From Octopus vulgaris (taxonomy: Eukaryota), in NCBI GenBank assembly GCA_951406725.2, contig OX597838.1:36394001-36458000 (forward strand): 64,000 nucleotides of DNA. The letters run 5' to 3'. The translations under genes and the position numbers were made by a program. Below are positions 1 through 12,874 of this stretch, one piece after another; within the stretch, counting starts at the first letter, position 1; the number at the start of each line of letters is the position of its first letter. Under the pieces are notes generated by a model that had not been told where the DNA came from, did no database searches, and saw only the letters and a list, made by a program, of their open reading frames with translations.

Positions 1-277
1 CGGACAGTTTTTGCTAGAATAGAACCGATATGCCAATTCTATCCAGACTAGAGTAAACGCTACACCTTTAAAAATGGACTTGTTTGATTGGTCCTTTACA
101 AATAACGGTCAATTTTCGAGTGATAAACAAAAAGTCCATTTTTAAAGGTGTAGCGTTTATACTAGTCTGGATAGAATTGACATATCGGTTCTATTTTAGC
201 AAAAACTGTCCGACGAACGGGAACGTGAAACTCCGAGTAACAGATTTTGTTGAATTTTCTGCTGCTTTTAAATAAAG
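1..277. mobile_element. Fold-back (palindromic) Penelope-pLTR-like element, left end outside the window
   Basis: 1-~88 is the near-perfect reverse complement of ~123-212. The right part continues into a hammerhead motif and ends at a (TA)n tract at 278. Confidence 0.7.
206..243 (+). ncRNA. Minimal type-I hammerhead ribozyme, core intact
   Basis: ctgt-CCGACGA-acg(ggaa)cgt-GAAA-ctc(c)gag-TA-acag. Stems I, II and III all pair; the predicted GUA cleavage is after 239. Confidence 0.8.
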
Positions 278-290
278 TATATATATATAT

Positions 291-322
<32 letters not shown>

Positions 323-1104
323 TTCTGTACACACACACACACACACACACACATGTATCATAGGTTGAATCCCAAACAGAAAGGACAACAACATGGCACA
401 AATATTGTCCATCGACCATCATTTCGTTTCCCTTTTACTGTGAATGACCCCATCGGATTCATCACTGAGAATATTTTAATTCAATCTTCATTGTTGCAGA
501 CTGACGCCAATGTAGTGGTAACGTGCCCCAAGATATGAAGATTTGCGAACTTCCTCTCATATTCTACGCACACACATATACACATACAAAATACGAACAT
601 AAATATACATACAAACATACATCCATATATATATATACATACAAAAATAAATATATATACATTGATAGGTAGATGAAAAGATATACAAACACACACTCAC
701 ATATATGTATGTAGTTGTGTGTATACATACATGTATGTGTATATTTGATATTCCTTTGGTGATTCCATGACAGTCTTATCATTTCTCCTTTCCCCTAGTG
801 TCCGTCTGAGTCTATGAAAATAGTTTGCAGAAAACTGGAAAGAGTGTTGGTGCTGGTGATGATATGTTTTATAATTTTCTTATATATGTATGTGTGTGTA
901 TATCTATCTATCTCTCTCTCACTATATATATATATATATATACACACACATACACACAAACACATACATACTTATATATATATGTACTCATATATATTAT
1001 ATATTATATACATACATACATATATATAATATAAAAAAATATAAATATATGCATATATACATACATATATGTACCTAACTACATACATACATATATATAT
1101 ATAT

Positions 1105-1280
1105 TTTTTTTCTCTCCTTGTTTCTCTCCTTGTTTTTTTCTGTGTATCTTTCTGTCGAAGAGCGTAGGCTCGAAACGTAAAAGACTTGTTCTATTTCTAT
1201 TCCTGAGCGCCATACTAATACTTTTGTTTGTTTGTACTCCACCTGCCTTCGTCTTTAGTTAATTTTCGTAAACCTTCCCG

Positions 1281-1282
<2 letters not shown>
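1105..1282 (+). mobile_element. Penelope-pLTR-like island with variant hammerhead (1147-1184)
   Basis: tcttt-CTGTCGA-a-gagc(gtag)gctc-GAAA-cg-TA-aaaga, flanked by (TA)n. Related copies at 22735-22900 (-) and 51080-51280 (-). Confidence 0.7.
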
Positions 1283-1325
<43 letters not shown>

Positions 1326-1332
1326 CATATAT

Positions 1333-1640
1333 AGGTAAAGGGTATTAAAAAAACGTTGAACACAATGAGGAACAAAAACATAAAAACAAAAACATAGAAA
1401 CGAACTTTTTTTTCGAACAATGAAAAAAACGGAAAAACGAGACATGCAACATAAAGAATATTCCCCTTCATTAGTTGTCCCTGTTTCATTTACTCCGCGT
1501 TTCGAAGGCAAGGACAATATGTGACTTCATTGAAGCAGTCCTTTCTGTAAAGCAAATTAAATAAAATTTGGAATTTTTTGTGGAGTGTGTTAGTGGTAAC
1601 AGGAACGGGACAGTGAGAACAAAACAGTAAAAACAAACGG
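1333..1640 (-). repeat. Dispersed (TA)n-associated repeat, probably Penelope-derived
   Basis: Clearly homologous to 12444-12810 and more distantly to 8355-8490 (opposite strand). Confidence 0.55.
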
Positions 1641-1956
1641 TGAGTTCAAATTCCGCTGAGGTTGACTTTACTTTTCATCCTTTCGGGGCCAATAAATCAA
1701 GTATTAGTGAAACACTGAGGCCAATGTAATCGATTGATCCCCCACCCACCATAATTTCTGGCCTTGTGCTTTTGGTAGAAAGCATTATTACTCGGACAGT
1801 TGGCTGGCAGAATCATTAGTATGCTGGACATTAATGCTTAGTAACATTTCTTCTGGTTCTAAATGTTCGGAGTGAAAATCTTGTCAACATTGACTTTGCA
1901 TTCCATCCTTCTTACGATCAATGAAATCAGCACCGGTTCAGAACTTGGCTCAATAT

Positions 1957-2357
1957 ACTCTTTTACTTGTTTCAGTCATTTGACTGCAGCCATGCTGGAG
2001 CACCGCCTTTAGTCGAGCAAATCGACCCCGGGACTTATTCTTTCTAAGCCCAGTATTTAATCTATTGGTTCTCTTTTGCTGAACCGCTAAGTGACGGGGA
2101 CGTAAACACACCAGCATCGGTTGTCAAGCAATGCTAGGGGGACAAACACAGACACACAAACATATAAACACACACTTATATATATACATATATACGACGG
2201 GCTTCTTTCAGTTTTCGTCTACCACATCCACTCACAAGGCATTGGTCAGCCCGGGGCTATAGCAGAAGACACTTGCCCAAGGTGCCATGCAGTGGGACTG
2301 AACCCGGAACCATGTGGTTGGTAAGCAAACTACTTACCACACAGCCACTTCTGCGCC
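1957..2357 (-). mobile_element. tRNA-derived SINE family A (octopus-type, ~400 bp)
   Basis: Head GGCGCAG(G/A)AGTGGCTGTGTGGTAAG...GGGTTCAGTCCC with A/B-box-like motifs, internal (TA)/(TG) tract and GTAAAAGA tail. 25+ copies in the window. Confidence 0.9.
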
Positions 2358-2757
2358 ATTGTATAATGAACCTTTTCTTGTCAAAAATTAGGTTAAAAAA
2401 TATGGGAATTTCTTATACATGGAAAGAATTATAATCCCTTACAAAGCCTTTTTTTCTAAATTTTAAGCCCCCAAAATTAGGGTGTTCCTTATACACAACG
2501 GTTCATTATACATGCTAAAGTACAGCAATTAATGAACTTCCTCCCCATAAAATTCCTGGCCTCTGGGCCACAATTAGAATAACTTATTATAATTATTAGG
2601 ACACTGGGTGAAATGTTTAGTGGCATTTTTTATGTTTATAGGTTTTGAGTTCAAATTCTACCAAAGTTGATTCTGCTTTCATCCTTTCCGTGTTGATAAA
2701 AATAACTGCCAGTTGAGCATTGGGGGCAATTTTCTCCTTCCCTAAAAATTCCTGGTC

Positions 2758-2798
<41 letters not shown>

Positions 2799-2910
2799 AA
2801 GTCATATTAGTATTCTTTTATACTTTCCCAGTTGTCCATTAAGTACTTTAAATTTTTTTTTTTCTGACTTATTTTTGATTTCTCTACTTTGAATATAATG
2901 TAGTCAACAT

Positions 2911-3137
2911 GGCGAGCTGGCAGAAACGTTAGCACGCCGGGCGAAATGCGTAGCCGTATTTCATCTGCCGTTACGTTCTGAGTTCAAATTCCACCGAGGT
3001 CGACTTTGCCTTTCATCCTTTCGGGGTTGATTAAATAAGTACCAGTTATGCACTGGGATCGATATAATCAACTTAATCCCTTTGTCTGTCCTTGTTTGTC
3101 CCCTCTGTGTTTAGCCCCTTGTGGGTAGTAAAGAAAT
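2911..3137 (+). mobile_element. tRNA-derived SINE family B (Deu/Nin-domain-like)
   Basis: GGCGAGCTGGCAGAAACGTTAG...GAGTTCAAATTCC B box, then GCCTTTCATCCTTTCGGGGT central domain. More copies at 10910-11144, 17700-17900(-), 18739-18967, 23190-23370(-), 25836-26062, 33047-33263, 33697-33925 and 56751-56858(-). Confidence 0.88.
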
Positions 3138-4162
3138 ACATATTTTGGACCCTTTTCCTACCCAAGAGCAACAGTTAGTTGCTATTATTCACATCCATTA
3201 TCTGTTCTTGTTTTCCATTATGGGTTCAATCCGTGTTAGGGATTAGAGTTGTTTTTCATTGTTTTTTTTTTTCTGTTTTTACTTTTCTTTGTTCCAACCC
3301 CAGAAATAATTATTATCAAGCCTTTTTTTCTTATTTCTCCACAAGCAACAACGGTTCAACATCTATAATATACCACAGCAAGTTATAGATCCCACTAACT
3401 TGTTGTCTTGAATCCCATTGCAAGGCATTAAACTACCCCTTCCCACTTCATTCTACACTCAACCCATGTCACGATCTAATCTGGCAATAGAATAAATAGC
3501 ACAAGAGACAAAAGCTACTACTTAAGATTAAATTCTCCTTATTTTCACCCTTTCATCTTTTCCTCCTCTCTTTTTCTGCTTTTACTCGTTTCTCACCAAA
3601 GCCCCCCCCCCCCCGCCTGCCTCGTCCTTTCCTTTTAAGGATAGACAAGAGAGCGAATGGAATTTGTTTCGGAGAGCAAAACGAACGATCAACAGTTTAA
3701 ACTCAACCACGAGCGAGTCTCCTTCATTAATTACCGAGTTCAGCCATGCTCTTTAAACTCTTTGTTCATCTATGTGTAACGTAGCTGACCATTTGCGAGA
3801 AAAGGAAATGTTCAGATGCAAAGCAGCAAACAATTTAACTTGGAAAGAAGGGGTGGAAGGTGCACACGCAGCGGAATATTCGAAGGATTCATCGGAGCGT
3901 GTGTGTTTTTCACAAGTGAACGCCTCTCCCTAACTAATGCTACCTGCTCATTCATAAAGTTGGATTCATCAACGTATTTTTCAGCTAGACTGACCGGAGT
4001 AACTGAGGAGCTGATGGCGGTAATGTGGGCTTTTAGCCTAAGGACCACCACAAATTAATATTTGACAATGGTCAGTGTGTTTAAAGTCTTCAGCCATTCA
4101 TTTCCCAGATAATTTATATGTACATATGGATAAGTGTGTGGGTACTGTGTATGTGTGCATAT

Positions 4163-4247
<85 letters not shown>

Positions 4248-4435
4248 ATGTACATACACACACTCATATTTATGCACACACACACATCTATATAAATATC
4301 TGTTTGTGTACGTGTATATATATAAGTGCATATATTTGTATACACTATATCACTATATATGCACATCAATATCTACATATATACACATATATCTAGATAT
4401 ATACATATATATATATATATATGTATATACACACA

Positions 4436-4466
<31 letters not shown>

Positions 4467-4489
4467 ATATATATATATATATATATATT

Positions 4490-4759
4490 TTTTATATTAT
4501 ATTGAGGGTACTACTATTCGTAGATACCAACACGCTAAGAGGGACCAATGCAGTCAAAACTAATAAAAATAAACAAAATTTTACCGAATGCAAAACTTCA
4601 AAACACATCATTTTAAAAAAGAATTCAGTTACATATCACATGTGATTTCGCATTTAATGCAGAATATGCATTTCATGTTCGTCAGTGCAACAAACTCAAG
4701 AAATATAAGAAAAAACATGACATATCTACGAATAGTAGTACCCTCAATATAATATAAAA
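4490..4759. repeat. Element bounded by ~37-bp inverted repeats and enclosing a hammerhead
   Basis: 4490-4526 is the reverse complement of 4723-4759. The element sits between (TA)n tracts. Confidence 0.8.
4628..4691 (-). ncRNA. Type-I hammerhead ribozyme
   Basis: Minus strand: gttgca-CTGACGA-acat..aatgca(tattc)tgcatt..atgc-GAAA-tcac(at)gtga-TA-tgtaac. Six-bp stem I and palindromic stem III. Confidence 0.78.
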
Positions 4760-4866
4760 TATAAATGAATATTTTCAAAGAGGAAGAATTTACGGATTTT
4801 TCTCTTACGAGGTTTTTCACGCTGACTACTGATAATTTCTTTTAAAGATTTTATCCTCAATTGTTA

Positions 4867-5413
<547 letters not shown>

Positions 5414-5606
5414 TGTATATATATATATATATATATAAACATATATATACACATATTTATATTTGTCATCATCACCATTGTTTAACGTCCACTGATGTTG
5501 ATAAATATAAATATATATATAAATATATTTATACATATACAAATATATGTACGCACACATGTGTACAGAAAGGTTTATACACTCCTAGTTATACATAAAT
5601 GCATAC

Positions 5607-5648
<42 letters not shown>

Positions 5649-6093
5649 TGTGTGTGTGTGTGTGTGTAAAGTCATATTAGCATTGTTCTAAATTTTCCCA
5701 ATTGTACATTAAGTATTTAAATATTTTTTTATATAAATGTTTTTTGATTTCTCTACTTTGAATATAATGTAGTCAACATATTTTAGACCCTTTTCCCACC
5801 CTAGGGCAACAGTTAGTTGCTATTATTCACATCCATCATCCTTGTCCCTTTCCAGTTTTCCTATTACTGGTTCAATTTGTATTAGGATCAGGATTGCTTT
5901 TTTTTGTTCTTCATTTTTTTTCCCCTAATTTTTTTTTCCCCCCTAATTTTTTTCTTCCTGTTTTTGCTTTTCTTTTTGCCACTTTCTGGCAGCAGGAAGG
6001 CCACCTGGCCATGGAAAAATCTGCCTGGAAAAGTGGAGACATTATGATAATAATGATAATGATAATAATAATGATAATAATAATAATAATAAT

Positions 6094-6585
6094 AAGGTCA
6101 CAGAAAACGAGAAAGCAACCATACTCTGGGATATGCCGATACACACAGATAGAAATATTAAGGCCAACAGACCAGATATAGTTGTCAGAGATCATGAAGA
6201 AAAAAATGCTTTCTAATTGATGTATCAATACCAGCAGATGACAACGTGTCTCTAAAAGAAATGGAGAAATTTTCAAAATACAAAGACCTGGAAATAGAGG
6301 TAACCAGAATGTGGAATCTAAAAACAGAAACAATTCCTATCATAGTAGGTGCATTAGGCACAATAAAAAAATATTCAGACAAATACATAACAAAAACACC
6401 AGGACTTACAAACACATATAACATACAGTAAATTGCACTACTGGGCACTGCACACATCCTACGAAGAAACACTTTCCATACAATAACCATCAGGGCATCA
6501 CAACAAATCACAGCACATACCCAAGGCACACAGAGCTGTGCTCGGTAGTGAAGTGAAATCACGCTATAAAAATAAAACTACTGAA
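6094..6585 (+). mobile_element. 3' fragment of an R4/Dong-clade non-LTR retrotransposon (RLE endonuclease domain), inactive
   Basis: Translates as ILWDMPIHTDRNIKANRPDIVVRD..CFLIDVSIP..KEMEKFSKYKDLEIEVTRMW..IPIIVGALG, a PD-D RLE motif. Frameshift near 6205, stop at 6429, flanked by (TAA)n on both sides. Confidence 0.88.
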
Positions 6586-6611
6586 TGATAATAATAATAA
6601 TAACAATAATA

Positions 6612-6782
6612 GGCGCAGGAGTGGCTGTGTGGTAAGTAGCTTGCTAACCAACCACATGGTTCCAGGTTCAGTCCCACTGCGTGGCATCTTGGGCAAGTGT
6701 CTTCTGCTATAGTCCCGGGCCGACCAATGCCTTATGAGTGGATTTGGTAGACGGAAACTGAAAGAAGCCTGTCGTATATATG

Positions 6783-6813
<31 letters not shown>

Positions 6814-7030
6814 TTGTGTGTCTGTGTTTGTCCCCCTAGCATTGCTTGACAACCGATGCTGGTGTGTTTACGTCCCCGTCACTTAGCGGTTCGGCAAAAA
6901 GAGACCGATAGAATAAGTACTGGGCTTACAAAGAACAAGTCCCGGGGTCGATATGATCTACTAAAGGCGGTGCTCCAGCTTGGCCGCAGTCAAATGAATG
7001 AAACAAGTAAAAAAGAGTAAAAAAAAAAGA
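6612..7030 (+). mobile_element. SINE family A
   Basis: Full-length copy. Confidence 0.9.
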
Positions 7031-7576
7031 GTAATAATAATAATAATAGAAATGATAATGATGATGATTTTGTTTGTATTTGCAATTACAATAAATTGAA
7101 ACTGAAATAACGGTGTTTTAAATTGAAACAATATAACTAATGTGGCATTCTTAAACACATAATTATGTGCATTATTTGGAAAATGAATGCAGCTAATACA
7201 AGATTCTCCGTATCCTTTATCCATGTAATTAATACTCTGATTAATACACTAATTAATGCATTTATAAAACATTGGATTGAGATTTCTATTTATTATGTAT
7301 TTTTTGAAACGAGCGGAAAAATATATAAAAGGTGTATTTGGTCTTTTTTTTTTTGTCCTTTTAGTTGTTTCAGCCATTGAACTGTGGCCATGCTGGGGCA
7401 CTTCGTTGAAGGGTTTAGTCAAATGAATCGATCCTCTTATGCAATTTTTTTTTTAATTTCTAGTCTGGTTCTTCCTTTATTGGCCAAGTTAAAGGGACAT
7501 AAACAAACCCATACTGGCAGGAAGACAGAAAGAAAGAAAGAGAAAAAGAGAGGGAGAAGAGAGAGTTGTAGATCGA

Positions 7577-7900
7577 TAGGAGTGACTGTGTGGTAAGTAG
7601 CTTGCTTACTAACCACGCGGTTCCAAGTTCAGTTCTACTGCGTGGTACTTTGGGCAAGTGTCTTCTTCTACAGCGTCGAGCTGATCAAAGCCTTGTGAGT
7701 AAATTTGGTAGATGGAAACTGAAAGAAGCCTGTCATATATATATGTGTGTATGTGTTTGCGTCCCCATAGCAGAGCGGTTCGGTAAAAGAGACTGATAGA
7801 ATAAGTACTAGGCTTACACAGAATACGTCCTGGAGTCGATTTGCTCGACCACATGCGATACTCCAGCATGGCCACAGTCAAATAACTGAAACAAAGGAAT
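7577..7900 (+). mobile_element. SINE family A, internally deleted
   Basis: Head and tail present; middle segment missing. Confidence 0.85.
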
Positions 7901-8179
7901 AAACGATAGATAGATACATGCCTAAATGACCATGTGAGTGAGTGTTGAATATGTGTGTATATATATATATATATATAAATACATACAATAAAGGACTTAC
8001 GTTTTTAATTTTCATTCCTTTCGTGAATTTATCCCTTTTTGTGTGTCTAGCACAGCGCTTCTTTATTTGGAAGCCCTTTATTGTATTTCTATATGAATAA
8101 TATATAGTCTAATGACTAATTCGTCTTTTGTGCTGGGTCACAGGTAGTAATAATTTATTTTTTATTACCCTATTTACTA

Positions 8180-8219
<40 letters not shown>

Positions 8220-8511
8220 GAAACCAAGAAAGATATAATTGACCAGTTTTGCAAAGATATCTGCACACACACACACAGATACATACGTACATATATTTAT
8301 ATATATATATATATATATATATAAACACACACACACACACACACATATATATGCTTGAAATGAGGAGAAGTTTATAGACAGCTGACAACTGATGAAGGGT
8401 CCTTTCTTTGTGTTGACTTGACCTGATCTCCATTTTTTCCTTGTTGATGCATTTCATGTTGTTTGAACCGTTGGTGATGTCCTGTACCCATATATGCATG
8501 TATGTATGTAG

Positions 8512-8552
<41 letters not shown>

Positions 8553-8632
8553 CATGATATATTAGTTACTATTTATTATATATATATATATAGATACATA
8601 CATGCATATATGCTTTATTACCACACACCTAC

Positions 8633-8676
<44 letters not shown>

Positions 8677-8697
8677 CACGATATATTATTTACTATT

Positions 8698-8754
<57 letters not shown>

Positions 8755-8755
<1 letters not shown>

Positions 8756-9731
8756 GGTGTGTGGTAAGAAGCTTGCTTCCCAACCACATGGCTCTCGGTT
8801 CAGTCCCACCGCATGGTACCTTGGGCAAATGTTTTCTACTATAGCCTCTGGCTGACCGAAGCCTTGGGAGTGGATCTAGTTGACGGAAACTAAAAGAAGC
8901 CTGGCGTTAGGAAGGGAATCCAGCTGTAGAAACATTGCCAGATCAGATTGGAGCCTGGTGCAGGCTTCTGGCTCTCCAGAACCTCAGTCAAACCATCCAA
9001 CCCATGCCAGCATGGAAAACGGACATTAAACGATGACGATGATGATGATAATGATATATGTATGTCTGTATTTGTATGTCTGTGTTCGTTCTCCACATCA
9101 TGGCTTGATAACCGGTGATGGTATGTTTACATCCCCGTAACTTAGAGGTTCGGCAAAAGAGACCAATAGACTAAGTACTTGGCTTACAAAGAATACGTCC
9201 TGGGGTCGATCTGGTTGACTAAAGGTGGTGCTCCATCATGGCCACAGTCAAATGACTGAAACAAGTGAAAGATATAAAAGAAATATATGTATATATATAT
9301 AGCAGGAGTGGCTATGTGGTAAGTAGCTTGCTTACCAACCACATGGTCATGGGTTCAGTCCCACTGCGTGGCATCTAGGGCGAGTGTCTTCTACTATGGC
9401 CTCGGGCCAACTAAAGCCTTGTGAGTGCATTTGGTAGACAGAAACTGGAAGAAGCCCTTCGTATATGTATATATATGCGTGTGTGTGTGTGTGCGTGCAT
9501 GCATGTGTGTGTGTGTGTATCATTGTGTGTCTGTGTTTGACATCCCCAGCATCGCTTGACATCCAATGCTGGTGTGTTTATGTCCCCGTAACTTAGCAGT
9601 TCGGCAAAAGAGACCTATAGAATAAGTACTAGGCTTACAAAGAATACGTCCTGGGGTCGATTTGCTCAACTAGAGGCAGTGCTCCAGCATGGCCACAGTC
9701 AAATGACTGAAACAAGTAAAAGAATAAAAGA
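8755..9731 (+). mobile_element. Two tandem SINE A copies; the first is interrupted by a SINE C 3' piece (8902-9050)
   Basis: Consensus segments in order; the second copy spans 9302-9731. Confidence 0.82.
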
Positions 9732-10087
9732 ATATATATATATATAAATAATATATTTTATTATGTGATAAAACAATATAAGTATAACATTTTATATGCT
9801 ATAATATATATAATCTAATATAATTGAGCTTTAATAAAATATATATATATATATAATAAAATCCGTTAGATTAATTTTATATTGATATAATATTAATGCA
9901 GATACATCGATATTAATATGGATTTGTTTGTGCTGACACGAGGTGGCTTCGGCTTATACGTGGTTTAGTTAAGAATTATAACTGGTCAATATGGTATGTA
10001 GGAAATTATTACTGATGCAGAATAATTGGACTGCTAACATGGCATTTCGTGTGTGGGTGTATATGCATCCTCTTGATATTTTTTTTT

Positions 10088-10418
10088 TCTTTTACTTGTT
10101 TTAGTCATTTAACTGCGCCATGCTGGAGCACCGCCTTTAGTCGTGCAACTCGACCCCAGGACTTATTCTTTGTACGCCCAGTACTTATTCTATCGGTCTC
10201 TTATGCCGAACCGCTAAGTGACGGGGGACATAAACACACCAGCATCGGTTGTCAAGCAATGCTAGGGGGACAAACACAGACACACAAACACATACACACA
10301 TACATATATATATACATATATACGACAGGCTTCTTTCAGTTTCCGTCTACCAAATCCACTCACAAGGCATTGGTCGGCCCGGGGCTATAGCAGAAGACAC
10401 TTGCCCAAGATGACACGC
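10088..10418 (-). mobile_element. SINE family A, head truncated
   Basis: Consensus match. Confidence 0.88.
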
Positions 10419-10429
10419 ATATATATATA

Positions 10430-10840
10430 ATTTCAGTAGAGCAATTAAGATTCAAGTGAGTTCCAATGAATTCCCATGAATGTGGTACTTAACTTAGATG
10501 CACCAGAAATCTTTATGGTATTAACCATAAAATAATGTAGGGTGATTATAACAATCTTTTTTAACAACAGTCTTTTTTAAAAACCTTTTATAAAACTGTG
10601 CATCATTAGAAAACATTTTAAGGCTGCTTACAATCTAACTTTGCTTTTCATAGAACTCTCTTCAATACTTCATGAGTGTAGCCTCACCCCCTAGGATGTT
10701 TGGAAAACTCATATGTGTTTTGGCTGATGAATATGGGACACTTGTATTTGCTGCAATATTTGCAGCTTTTAATAAATCTGTTCTTCGTATGAAACAATTG
10801 TACTGAACAACTAATCCATTCTCGTTACTTTTTTCTTGTG
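10430..10840 (-). repeat. Degenerate (TA)n-embedded repeat, probably Penelope-derived
   Basis: 10430-10550 is homologous (reverse complement) to 37598-37700. Confidence 0.5.
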
Positions 10841-11278
10841 TATATATATATAAATAAAAAGAGCAACCAAACAATTAGAAATATCAGTCAAAGACCGCTT
10901 CTTTCTATTGGCAAACTGGCAGAAACGTTGGCACACCGGGCGAAATGCGTAGCCGTATTTCGTCTGCCGTTACGTTCTGAGTTCAAATTCCGCCAAGGTC
11001 AACTTTGCCTTTCATCCTTTCATCCTTTCGGAGTCGATAAATTAAGTACCAGTTACGCACTGGGGTCAATGTAATCGACTTAATCCGTTTGTCTCTCCTT
11101 GTTTGTCCCCTCTGTGTTTAGCCCCTTGTGGGTAGTAAAGAAATATATAATGGTTGTATTATAACCGATAATGGTTATATTTCCATACTGAAATCTACCC
11201 AGAAATAATTGTTGATTTTGAAATTAATAATTATCTACCCTTATATTATTAATGATATATATATATATATACACACAT

Positions 11279-11473
11279 ACTCTTTTACTTGTTTCAGTCA
11301 TTTGACTGCAGCCATGCTGGAGCACCGCCTTTAGTCGAGCAAATCGACCCCGGGACTTATTCTTTTGTAAGCCCAGTACTTATTCTATCGGTCTCTTTTG
11401 CCGAACCGCTAAGTTATGCGGACGGAAACACACCAGCATCGGTTGTCAAGCAATGCTAGGGGGACAAACACAG

Positions 11474-11522
<49 letters not shown>

Positions 11523-11703
11523 CACACACATACATATATACGACAGGCTTCTTTCAGTTTCCGTCAACCAAATCCACTCACAAGGCATTGGTCGGCCCAG
11601 GGCTATAGCAGAAGACACTTGCCCAAGGTGCCACACAGTGGGACTGAACCCAGAACCATGTGTTTGGTAAGCGAGCTACTTACCATACAGCTACTCCTGC
11701 ACC
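11279..11703 (-). mobile_element. SINE family A
   Basis: Full-length copy. Confidence 0.9.
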
Positions 11704-12037
11704 TATATCGTCCAACCCATGCTAGCACGGAAAGCGGACGTTAAACGATGATGATGATGCTGATATATATATATGAGGTGGTATTAGATGGTTCCTGGAC
11801 TAATTACATTTCATATGTTAAGTCTTAAATCTTGATTTCTGAGCATTTCCTCACGTCCTCGATGTAGAAAGTTAAATTTTTTTTGCTTTTGCATAGAGTC
11901 TGATGAACTGCGTCAAAAGGCTTTGCCTTTGTAAACATGAAACCTTTGGTAACTCTATGTCCGAAATAAAAATTTTTGTTGTAATAATTACTGCTTTATT
12001 CTTTAAAGTCTTCTTCTTTTCTGATATATGTTTTGTT

Positions 12038-12068
<31 letters not shown>

Positions 12069-12071
<3 letters not shown>

Positions 12072-12325
12072 TCATCATCGTTTAACGTCCGTTTTCCGCG
12101 CTAGCATGGGTTGGACGGTTCGACCGGGGTCTGGGAAGCCAGGGGCCGCACCAAGCTCCAGTCTGATCTGGCAGTGTTTCTACAGCTGGATGCCCTTCCT
12201 AATGCCAACCACTCCGCAAGTGTAGTGGGTGCTTTTTATGTGCCACCGGCACAGGTGCCAGGGGAGTCTGGCATCGGCCACGATTGGTTGGTGCTTTTAA
12301 CGTACCACCGGCACGGAAGCCAATA
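12069..12325 (-). mobile_element. SINE family C (GGAAGGGCATCCAGC domain, (GAT)n tail)
   Basis: Same family at 14433-14593, 23777-24088, 25520-25800, 35104-35335, 36180-36607, 51415-51667 and 55720-55960(-), with variable numbers of GGTGGCACGTAAAAAGCACC subrepeats. Confidence 0.85.
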
Positions 12326-12814
12326 CTTGGAAAAGGATGCGTGGCGTCCGATCATATAATAATATAAATAATATATAAATATATGCATATATACATACAT
12401 ATATGTACATACCTATATCTATATGTATATATACATGCATATATGGGTACAGGACATCAAAAAACGTTGATCACAATGAGAAATGAAAACATAAAAACAA
12501 AAGCATGGAAATGAGCTTTTTTTCAATCAATGAAAAACAGAGCATAAGATACACAACACAAGGAATATTCCCCTCCTTCAGTTGTCCCTGTTTCATGTAC
12601 ACTGTGTTTCGAAGGTAAGGACAAGACGCAACTTTGTTGAAACAGTCCTTCCCGCAAGGCAAATTAAATAAAATTTGGGATTTTTTGCGGAGGGGTAAAA
12701 GTGGTAACAAGAACAGGACAGTGATAACAAAATAAAACAGTAAAAACCAATACAAGTAAAAACAATAAAAGACAGGACAAAGAGAATAACACATTAAAAA
12801 CAAACGATGTGGGC

Positions 12815-12874
<60 letters not shown>

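Noticed and set aside
2121-2324. Recurrent peptide MSSNARGTNTDT...EDTCPRCHAVGLNPEPCGW suggesting a gene family
   Set aside because: Antisense translation of SINE A copies; frames are not preserved between copies.
3812-4058. Overlapping 79/80-aa ORFs as a coding exon
   Set aside because: No recognisable homology or convincing splice sites; kept only as a possible non-coding element.
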